From a virus, in the IMG/VR virus record IMGVR_UViG_3300025646_000012, positions 32,001 to 96,000 of that record: a stretch of DNA of 64,000 bases; one strand, 5' to 3'. The notes below the pieces were generated by a model, which saw only the letters and a program-made list of their open reading frames with translations, was not told where the DNA came from and ran no database searches. Positions 31,194 to 38,521 of this stretch are shown here, in pieces (the first letter of the stretch is position 1; each line of letters opens with the position of its first letter). A program made the translations under genes and the position numbers.

Positions 31194-32120
31194 ATGTCTA
31201 ATGATTTTCTTTGGGTAGAAAAATATCGTCCTCGTAAAATTGCAGATACAATTCTACCAAAACCTCTTAAGGATACCTTCCAAAAAGTAGTTGATTCTGG
31301 TGAGATGCAAAACATGCTTTTTACCGGCACAGCAGGTCTTGGTAAAACAACTGTTGCCAAAGCCTTGTGTAATGAACTAGGTCTTGACTATATTATTATT
31401 AACGGATCCGAAGAAGGTAATATTGATACCCTCCGTGGTAAGGTAAAACAATTTGCCTCATCAGTTTCACTTCAAGGCGGCTATAAAGTTGTAATCCTTG
31501 ACGAAGCTGATTACCTTAACCCTCAATCAACACAACCTGCTCTCCGTGGGTTTATTGAGGAATTTAGTAATAATTGTCGCTTTATCCTTACCTGTAATTT
31601 TAAAAATCGTATCATTGAACCTCTCCATTCTCGGTGTGGTGTGTATGAATTCAATACCACCAAAAAGGAAATGGCAGAACTTGCCGCTCAATTTATGAAA
31701 AGAATTGAGTACATTCTTGATCAAGAGAATGTTGACTACGGTAAGAAAGATATTGCAAATCTTATTATGAAACACGCACCAGATTGGCGCCGTGTAATTA
31801 ATGAATTGCAGAGAAGAGTAAGTACCGGTGAATCGGCGCATAAAGAGGACATTAGCAATTATAATGATCTGTTTATGTATCTTAAAGATAAAGACTTTAA
31901 GAAAATGCGTGGTTGGGTTGTAAATAATATGGATGTGGATACCGCTGCTATTATGCGTTCACTCTATGATAATATGTTCCAATATGTGAAACCACACTCA
32001 ATTCCACAATTGGTTCTTATCCTTGCAGATTATCAATACAAAGATTCTTTTGTAGCCGATCATGAGCTTAATATGGTTGCATGTATGACCGAAATTATGG
32101 CTGGGGTAGAATTTCTATAA
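31194..32120 (+). CDS. gp44: clamp loader large subunit
   Basis: 'WVEKYRP', 'GTAGLGKTT', 'ILDEAD', 'PLHSRC'. Confidence 0.95.
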   Translation: MSNDFLWVEKYRPRKIADTILPKPLKDTFQKVVDSGEMQNMLFTGTAGLGKTTVAKALCNELGLDYIIINGSEEGNIDTLRGKVKQFASSVSLQGGYKVVILDEADYLNPQSTQPALRGFIEEFSNNCRFILTCNFKNRIIEPLHSRCGVYEFNTTKKEMAELAAQFMKRIEYILDQENVDYGKKDIANLIMKHAPDWRRVINELQRRVSTGESAHKEDISNYNDLFMYLKDKDFKKMRGWVVNNMDVDTAAIMRSLYDNMFQYVKPHSIPQLVLILADYQYKDSFVADHELNMVACMTEIMAGVEFL

Positions 32121-32806
32121 TGTCAAATATAATTGACATAATGTATGAAAAAACACCAGAGATTACTAAGGAATCAAATGATATAAGAGATAATCCTTTA
32201 AAAGGGTATCGTACACTTTATTTTGATAATAAAATTGATATAAGATTATGTCCTAAGAATGCAAATACATCTTTAAAATATGCATATAGTCTCTTACATT
32301 ATGGTATAGATTCACCTATGACCTTTAGTAAAAGAAAATTTGTATATGATTTATTAATGGAAAAAAAAGAAATAGATGAAAAAAGTGGATTATTGTTATT
32401 TAGATATAATTCCTATAAAATTGCATTAAAAAGAGATCCTATTGATAGAGCATTATCTGCGGTAAAATACTTATTAGAAACTCGGCTGAATATAATAGAA
32501 CCATCAATAGAATTAATAGAAGAATTTTTGATTAATATAAATTTGGAAATTAATGAGGTTGATCACCACCTTTTACCCCAAACATTTTGGATGGGCAATT
32601 CCAATGTGTATGATAAAATTTATTATGTAAAAGAATTTAAAAATATGATAGAATATTTACAAGATAATTATATTTGGTTCGATAGAATAGATAATATTCA
32701 TAAAAATCCTTCCAAAAATAAGTTAAATACAAATGCTCTATCAGATAATACTATAAAAAAATTAAAAAAAATTTATGAAATTGATTATGATAATGGATGG
32801 TATTAA
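32120..32806 (+). CDS. sulfotransferase (Sulfotransfer_2-like)
   Basis: PAPS-binding-like 'PKNANTSLK', 'RDPIDRALSA', 'HLLPQ', 'IY..DY'; start at TAATG junction. Confidence 0.7.
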   Translation: MSNIIDIMYEKTPEITKESNDIRDNPLKGYRTLYFDNKIDIRLCPKNANTSLKYAYSLLHYGIDSPMTFSKRKFVYDLLMEKKEIDEKSGLLLFRYNSYKIALKRDPIDRALSAVKYLLETRLNIIEPSIELIEEFLININLEINEVDHHLLPQTFWMGNSNVYDKIYYVKEFKNMIEYLQDNYIWFDRIDNIHKNPSKNKLNTNALSDNTIKKLKKIYEIDYDNGWY

Positions 32807-33411
32807 TGAACTACATATTTGATTTTGAAACACTATCAACCGATAGAATTAATGCACCCATTATATCAATGGCAATTCTTGAATTTGATTTTGTCAAATT
32901 TACCGATAATAAACCTTATGAGTATTCAGAACTTTTGGATAACGTAGGGCTTATTAAATTTAATGTTGAGGATCAGGTAAAAAATCATGGAAGAAAAATT
33001 AATCCTGATACCTTAAAATGGTGGGGAGAACAATCTGCTGAGGCTCGAGCTAAATTAAAACCATCGACCAATGATCAATTGCTATCTGAGTGTATCCCTT
33101 TTATTAGTAAATACATCGGTAATACTAAAATAGATAAAGTATTTTCCCGTGGTAATACTTTTGACCCTATTATTCTTGATTATATTGGTTTACAATATAG
33201 TCAAGTAATACCTTGGGAACATTGGCAAAATAGAGATACCCGGTCTTTTATTGATGGTATGGCTTGGGGAACAGATATTAAAAATTCTTTTATTCCAGAA
33301 GGATTAGAATCACTTTTTATTGCTCATGATCCCGCGCATGATATTACAATGGATGTTATGAGAATGCAAACTTTGGTTAGAGCTTTAGAGTTTGGAGCTG
33401 TACAGGCATGA
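32806..33411 (+). CDS. dexA: 3'-5' exonuclease (DexA-like, DEDD)
   Basis: 'IFDFETL', 'SRGN.FD', 'RD.RS', 'H....D...D'. Confidence 0.75.
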   Translation: MNYIFDFETLSTDRINAPIISMAILEFDFVKFTDNKPYEYSELLDNVGLIKFNVEDQVKNHGRKINPDTLKWWGEQSAEARAKLKPSTNDQLLSECIPFISKYIGNTKIDKVFSRGNTFDPIILDYIGLQYSQVIPWEHWQNRDTRSFIDGMAWGTDIKNSFIPEGLESLFIAHDPAHDITMDVMRMQTLVRALEFGAVQA

Positions 33412-33788
33412 ATCCCTTTGAATATCTAAATTCAATTAATGATACCAAACAAGATATCATGCACGATGATATTGCCGAAAAAGCATATAATCCTTTTATG
33501 ACTAATCGTTCACTATCTTATTTTCAGGACACTGTATTCTTTGCCAATGAAATGAATCGGTATCATCATCTTGACAAAAAACTACAATTTCACTTCCTTA
33601 TAAATATTGTTAGGAAACGGAAACGTTTCTCTAAATGGAACAAACCTGAACTAGTTAGTGATATTGATGTGGTTAAAGAGTATTATGGCTACAGTAATGA
33701 AAAGGCTCGCCAAGCTCTTACACTTCTATCGCCTAGCCAAATAGAAGAACTAAGAAAAAAGGTGAGCAAAGGTGGAAGAACAAAATAA
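33408..33788 (+). CDS. gp62: clamp loader small subunit
   Basis: 'YNPFM.NR.LS', 'ANEMN', 'VKEYYGYS.EKA'. Confidence 0.92.
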   Translation: MNPFEYLNSINDTKQDIMHDDIAEKAYNPFMTNRSLSYFQDTVFFANEMNRYHHLDKKLQFHFLINIVRKRKRFSKWNKPELVSDIDVVKEYYGYSNEKARQALTLLSPSQIEELRKKVSKGGRTK

Positions 33789-34182
33789 TATAGTACAATG
33801 GTCTCCAACTGATATGTTGGAAATTATACTGAACGAACCTGATGACTTTTTAAAGGTACGTGAGACGCTGACCAGGATTGGTGTTGCATCTCGTAAAGAT
33901 AAAAAACTATTCCAAAGTTGTCATATTCTCCATAAACAAGGACGATATTTTATTGTCCATTTTAAAGAGTTGTTTTTACTTGATGGTAAAAAAGCAAACT
34001 TAGAAGAGAATGATATTAGCCGTAGAAATACAATTGCAACTTTGTTAAGTGACTGGGGATTAATTTCCTTTGCAGTTAAAAAAGAATTAGAGTGTGCACC
34101 ACTAAGACAAATTAAAATTATTCCTTTTAAAGAAAAATCAGAATGGGAGCTTTGTCCAAAGTATAATATTGGTAATAGTTAA
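33772..34182 (+). CDS. regA: translational repressor RegA
   Basis: 'DDFLKVRETLTRIG.AS', 'QSCHILHKQGRY.IVHFKELF.LDG'. Confidence 0.95.
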   Translation: MEEQNNIVQWSPTDMLEIILNEPDDFLKVRETLTRIGVASRKDKKLFQSCHILHKQGRYFIVHFKELFLLDGKKANLEENDISRRNTIATLLSDWGLISFAVKKELECAPLRQIKIIPFKEKSEWELCPKYNIGNS

Positions 34183-34184
34183 AA

Positions 34185-34991
34185 ATGGATATAGTAGATC
34201 AAGTACTTTCCATACCAAAAAATATAGATTTTTATATCTACGCACCAGGTAGTGGTGGGGAATTTTTTACATCTCTTATAGCTTTATCACACAAAAAAAC
34301 AAGAGAAATATTAAAATTAAAATATTTTGATGGCTTAAAAAATGATGAAGGTTTAATGAGATATAATAGACCGCAATATTTTACATATGATGAAAATTTT
34401 AAATTTCTAAATCTTAATATAAATAATGAGTTTTATAATGAAGTAGATCTACTTACAATGTTAGGACATCTCATGAGTCCATTAGATAGAATTAATTATT
34501 GTAAAATGTTATTATTTCAAGGTATTTTTCAATCTATGTTACCAAACAGAAATAAAGACGAGTTTAAGGAAAATATTAATATGTTTAAAGGTGTTAATAT
34601 TATACTATCTACACACTGGATAGAACTTCCTTTATTAATTAAAACCAAAAATTTTGAATCTAAAAATTTTGGATTAAAATTATTTGAAAAAGAAAAATAC
34701 TGGAATGTTATAAACTTAGACCCTCAAACTGAAAAAGGTAGAAATTTAGTTTTAAATTTTTGTAAAAAATATAAACTTATAACAAATGTTAAAAAAGTAG
34801 AGATGCAGTTTAATCACTCAGCATTTAGTAATATAAAATTAAAATTTCCTTTTATGGACTACATGGCAACCGGAGATTTTAATTCAATAAAAAATTATAT
34901 TACAAATCGTTATGGCCCTGATTTGGATTATGAATTTATTGATAAGGCACTTATTGATTATAAAAAACTAAGAATAGAGCCATATCTATGA
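34185..34991 (+). CDS. hypothetical protein with Gly-rich P-loop-like N-terminus (paralog of 35548-36288)
   Basis: 'YAPGSGGEFF'; shared C-terminus 'NSIK..I.NRYG..LD..FID..L...R..PYL'. Confidence 0.6.
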   Translation: MDIVDQVLSIPKNIDFYIYAPGSGGEFFTSLIALSHKKTREILKLKYFDGLKNDEGLMRYNRPQYFTYDENFKFLNLNINNEFYNEVDLLTMLGHLMSPLDRINYCKMLLFQGIFQSMLPNRNKDEFKENINMFKGVNIILSTHWIELPLLIKTKNFESKNFGLKLFEKEKYWNVINLDPQTEKGRNLVLNFCKKYKLITNVKKVEMQFNHSAFSNIKLKFPFMDYMATGDFNSIKNYITNRYGPDLDYEFIDKALIDYKKLRIEPYL

Positions 34992-35539
34992 TGTTTAATG
35001 AAAATGCCTTAAAATCAATAAGAAATCGAGAGATAGTTATAGGTTATACAACCCCAGACTGGAACTATGATATGTATGATCTTATATCATATATGAATAC
35101 TCAACCAGAGAAATTTAAAATATGGGAACCTAAAAATAGACGTTTAGGTTTAACCAAAATGGAAGCTCGGAAATCTACACCAGATTTTGCAAAAAATATT
35201 ATAAAAGATTTAAAAAATACTTTTTATAAAAATCATATTTCATGTCATGCATATTGCGGTTTTACTGAGTATAGTAAAAGTTTTGATATACACAAAGATC
35301 GAATGGATGTTCTATATCTTCAAGTTATTGGTAATATCGAATGGAGTATATGGAAATCCGATTCAAATAAAACAAATATAACACCAGATCAAGGTAGTTG
35401 TATTCTTAAGGAAAAATTTATGCCGGGTAAATGGATTTGGGTGCCAAGGGGTACATATCATTTAGTAGAACCTATAGACCCTCGAGTAGGATTTTCATTT
35501 GGGGTTGAAAATAATCCTGACCCATCAACATATATTTGA
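34988..35539 (+). CDS. JmjC/cupin Fe(II)-2OG oxygenase-like protein
   Basis: HxD...H ('HKD', 'VPRGTYH'), 'LQVIG...W'. Confidence 0.75.
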   Translation: MMFNENALKSIRNREIVIGYTTPDWNYDMYDLISYMNTQPEKFKIWEPKNRRLGLTKMEARKSTPDFAKNIIKDLKNTFYKNHISCHAYCGFTEYSKSFDIHKDRMDVLYLQVIGNIEWSIWKSDSNKTNITPDQGSCILKEKFMPGKWIWVPRGTYHLVEPIDPRVGFSFGVENNPDPSTYI

Positions 35540-35547
35540 GATTCTTT

Positions 35548-36288
35548 ATGTCTGAGAATTATGACATTGAATTATTAAAAATACCAAAAAAAATTGATTT
35601 TTATAATTATGAGTGTGGCGCAGGTGGTGAATTTTTTCAAAGTATGATTACTCTTTCTTGTCCTAAAACAAGAAATATTTTATCAAATGATTCTCTTGTT
35701 ACAAGAAAAATTGGTAATAATGATAATATTTTTTTTTCTAGAAGTGCATATAAACCTCCCATTAAAATATATTCTCAATTCCCTACAGTCAATTTATTAT
35801 CGTATCAAAGTATAATAGATTTATATAAATGTCAAATAATTAATAATATGATATTTTTGGAAAAACCCTGGCCTTTATTTATTAATTATAAACCAAAAAT
35901 TTATAAAAAATATAAAGATATCCTTTTTATATTTTCAAATCACTGGACAATTGATCCTGAAAAAATGAAAAAGTTATCTGAATATGAATATTGGAATTTT
36001 TTAGATTTAAATCCTGAAACAAAATTTGCAAGAAATTTAATTCGTAAAGTAAATAGAATTATAGGAATGTTTCCTGATAATATTTTAAACGAACCTCCTA
36101 TTATTGAAGAGCAATTTGATAGATATCCATTTCTTGAAAATTTTCCATTTTTTGATTGTATTTTATATAACGATTATAATTCAATAAAATATTTTATTGA
36201 AAATAGATATGGATCTAATTTAGATTTTGATTTTATAGATCAATCATTAAAAATGTGGAAAAAAGTTAGAGTTGATCCTTATCTATAA
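35548..36288 (+). CDS. hypothetical protein, paralog of 34185-34991
   Basis: 'IPKKIDFY.YECGAGGEFF', same C-terminal motif. Confidence 0.6.
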   Translation: MSENYDIELLKIPKKIDFYNYECGAGGEFFQSMITLSCPKTRNILSNDSLVTRKIGNNDNIFFSRSAYKPPIKIYSQFPTVNLLSYQSIIDLYKCQIINNMIFLEKPWPLFINYKPKIYKKYKDILFIFSNHWTIDPEKMKKLSEYEYWNFLDLNPETKFARNLIRKVNRIIGMFPDNILNEPPIIEEQFDRYPFLENFPFFDCILYNDYNSIKYFIENRYGSNLDFDFIDQSLKMWKKVRVDPYL

Positions 36289-36292
36289 AAAA

Positions 36293-36869
36293 TTTACATT
36301 GTAATCTTAACATAATCCATCAAGTTATATAGATGCATAATATAGATTTTAATATATTACATGAATTACTAATAAATAAAAGACCTAAATTATTAGGAAA
36401 TATAACTTTGTCAAAAGACAACTCATTTGAAGATATGACAGAGGTAATGGATTTTTTAAATAATCTGGATAATTCAAACGATAAAGTTTATAGATCTGAA
36501 ATTGATATGATTGAGGTCCATTTCTTACAAAAACAAAATAATTGCCCTCAAATAATAAAAAATATTTCAAAAAATTTAAAGAAATTTGAACCTTTTAAAA
36601 GTCGTGAGCTGAATGTAGTAGGATTCATAGGATTTGATAATGCAATTGGTTATAATTGGCACTACGACGATTATCATTTAGTGGCAATGAATATTATAGG
36701 TAATACTACTTGGTATTTTAAAGATGGTAGTACAATTGAAATGAATCCAGGAGATTTAATGTTCGTCCCAAGTCCGATAGAACATAAGGTGGTAGGTACA
36801 ACAGAAAGATTTACAATTAGTTTTTGTTGTCTCATCAATAAAAATAGGTTTACATTGTAATCCTAACAT
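36293..36869 (+). repeat. 21-bp direct repeat (TTTACATTGTAATCYTAACAT) flanking the cupin gene
   Basis: Copies at 36293-36313 and 36849-36869, one mismatch. Confidence 0.85.
36333..36860 (+). CDS. JmjC/cupin oxygenase-like protein
   Basis: 'WHYD', 'G.TTW', 'PGDLMFVP..IEH.V'. Confidence 0.75.
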   Translation: MHNIDFNILHELLINKRPKLLGNITLSKDNSFEDMTEVMDFLNNLDNSNDKVYRSEIDMIEVHFLQKQNNCPQIIKNISKNLKKFEPFKSRELNVVGFIGFDNAIGYNWHYDDYHLVAMNIIGNTTWYFKDGSTIEMNPGDLMFVPSPIEHKVVGTTERFTISFCCLINKNRFTL

Positions 36870-36895
36870 GATATAATGGAATTACTATATAAATA
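36849..36895 (+). promoter_or_regulatory. early (TTTACA-17-TATAAT) and late (TATAAATA) promoters of hsp20
   Basis: TTTACA 36849, TATAAT 36872, TATAAATA 36888. Confidence 0.75.
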
Positions 36896-36899
36896 ACAA

Positions 36900-36956
36900 C
36901 GAGTGCGGATACTCCGGCTCGAAATTTAATCTTGCTTGTAGAAGGAGATAACTATG
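36900..36956 (+). promoter_or_regulatory. ROSE-like RNA thermometer in hsp20 5' UTR
   Basis: ATCTT(G)CTT pairs with AAGGAGAT (SD), giving the U(U/C)GCU bulged-G signature; preceded by a second hairpin. Confidence 0.7.
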
Positions 36957-37463
36957 ACAGGCGTTACATCACTATTTCCCCGTTCATCTTTTGTAGGGTT
37001 TGATCATCTATTTAATGAGCTCGAACATGTAGCTCGTCATGCTAATGATCACTATCCTCCTCACAACATTCTTAAAACTGGTGAGACAGACTATCTGATC
37101 GAATTAGCTGTTGCAGGCTTCTCTCGAGAAGAGCTCTCAATAGAAGTTAAGGATCGTACTCTTACAATTACGGGTGAACATACTAGCAAAGGTCGCGAAT
37201 ACATTCATCGTGGTATTTCTACAAAGAAGTTCAAACGCACCTTTAGGCTGTCCGAACACGTTCAAGTACACGGAGCAGATCTCAGAGACGGAATATTGTC
37301 AGTTGAATTGAAATATGTAGTCCCTGAAGAACTGAAGCCTCGTAAAATCGAAATCGGTCATTACGAGGGATTATCAAATGACACAATTAGTACAGACACT
37401 AAACAACTACTCACTGAAACCCCTTGGATCGGCACTGGCGGGTCTTCTAGTACGGTTGGGTAA
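36954..37463 (+). CDS. hsp20: small heat shock protein (IbpA/Hsp20)
   Basis: 'VGFD.LF', 'YPPHNI', 'IELAVAGF', 'YIHRGIS...F.R.F.L', 'PEE.KPRKI.I'. Confidence 0.93.
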   Translation: MTGVTSLFPRSSFVGFDHLFNELEHVARHANDHYPPHNILKTGETDYLIELAVAGFSREELSIEVKDRTLTITGEHTSKGREYIHRGISTKKFKRTFRLSEHVQVHGADLRDGILSVELKYVVPEELKPRKIEIGHYEGLSNDTISTDTKQLLTETPWIGTGGSSSTVG

Positions 37464-37635
37464 TTTCTTTGTTATTCTCTTTAATGCTTATGTAGAAGCA
37501 AGAGAAAAACAAGCAGCTTATGAATTGGCAAGATATCTAAAACAAAATAGAGATTTTGCTAGTTACAGTGAGATTGATTTGTTCCATATGATTCTAGAAC
37601 GTAAACTAGATTCTGAGAACAAAACAAAAGGTTGA
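37378..37635 (+). CDS. small hypothetical protein overlapping hsp20 3' end
   Basis: GAGG SD before ATG 37378; followed by a hairpin. Confidence 0.55.
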   Translation: MTQLVQTLNNYSLKPLGSALAGLLVRLGNFFVILFNAYVEAREKQAAYELARYLKQNRDFASYSEIDLFHMILERKLDSENKTKG

Positions 37636-37652
37636 TCGCTTAATAGATCCGA

Positions 37653-37683
37653 GAGGGGCCAACGGTTAGCCCCTCACTTTATT
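37653..37683 (+). terminator. hairpin / probable terminator
   Basis: GAGGGGC...GCCCCTC followed by ACTTTATT. Confidence 0.5.
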
Positions 37684-37701
37684 AAAGTGAAAGGATACAT
37701 T

Positions 37702-37908
37702 ATGCAACTATCTAGATCTAATATGCTTGAAGTTATTCACGATCATGCCATGGCACATATTAATAAACATCGCATGAATGTGGAGGTTTATCTTGCTAAT
37801 CCAGTTGGCGTAGGTGAACACCCAGATATTATGGAAGCTATTGAAAAAGAACTTGAAGAAATGGCTAAATATCATGATCACATAGAGGTATTGAAAGAAT
37901 ACTTCTAA
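37702..37908 (+). CDS. conserved T4-like hypothetical protein
   Basis: 'NVEVYL.NPVG.GEH.DI.EAI..EL' motif; AAGGA SD. Confidence 0.75.
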   Translation: MQLSRSNMLEVIHDHAMAHINKHRMNVEVYLANPVGVGEHPDIMEAIEKELEEMAKYHDHIEVLKEYF

Positions 37909-37933
37909 AATATAAACACACAGGAGAGTAAAA

Positions 37934-38209
37934 ATGGCACACGTTCCGTACTACGGAGAAGATCTCTCAAACACACAGGAGAAAAAAGAAATGGTTTACA
38001 ACTTTAACCAACTCATTGAACACAACGTAAAGATGATGGATGCTTTTATTGATCTTAAGACTGAAGGCTGGAAGTCATATTCAAATGCACTCAATCAGTA
38101 TACATTCAATTTTTTCAGTAAACAACTGAAGAGCATGGATGAATCAGTAGAAAAAATGTCAGTTGAAATGAAAGGTGCTATGAAGCCTTTCCGTGGAGTA
38201 TGTAAATAA
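37934..38209 (+). CDS. small helical protein (phasin-like?); alternative start at 37991
   Basis: Two in-frame starts, each preceded by AAACACACAGGAGA. Confidence 0.55.
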   Translation: MAHVPYYGEDLSNTQEKKEMVYNFNQLIEHNVKMMDAFIDLKTEGWKSYSNALNQYTFNFFSKQLKSMDESVEKMSVEMKGAMKPFRGVCK

Positions 38210-38427
38210 TGGCAAAGAATCCTTTTGAAATCCGTGCAGAAATGATTACTCTTGCAAAAGAGTATCTTGACCAAGTTACTGCTCTTAATATTGAAGCAGC
38301 CACCAAGATGATGGAGCAGGGCAAGCTTCAAGTTGAAGAATACCAGAAAGCCGTCCAGATGTATTCGATGGATGACCTAATGGCAAAAGCCAAAGAGATG
38401 TACACCTTCGTCTCTACCAAGGAATAA
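38209..38427 (+). CDS. conserved hypothetical protein
   Basis: 'KNPFEIR.E...LAK.Y', 'A.EMY.FVS'. Confidence 0.7.
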   Translation: MAKNPFEIRAEMITLAKEYLDQVTALNIEAATKMMEQGKLQVEEYQKAVQMYSMDDLMAKAKEMYTFVSTKE

Positions 38428-38431
38428 AATT

Positions 38432-38454
38432 AGGCGGCTTCGGCCGCCTTTTTT
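38432..38454 (+). terminator. intrinsic terminator
   Basis: AGGCGGC-TTCG-GCCGCCT followed by T-run. Confidence 0.9.
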
Positions 38455-38455
38455 A

Positions 38456-38484
38456 TTTACATTGACTCGTTTGTATTATATAAT
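38456..38484 (+). promoter_or_regulatory. sigma70-like promoter of DNA polymerase
   Basis: TTTACA-17-TATAAT. Confidence 0.75.
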
Positions 38485-38521
38485 ATACACGAGATAGGTT
38501 TATGTATCATAGGTAGGACAT

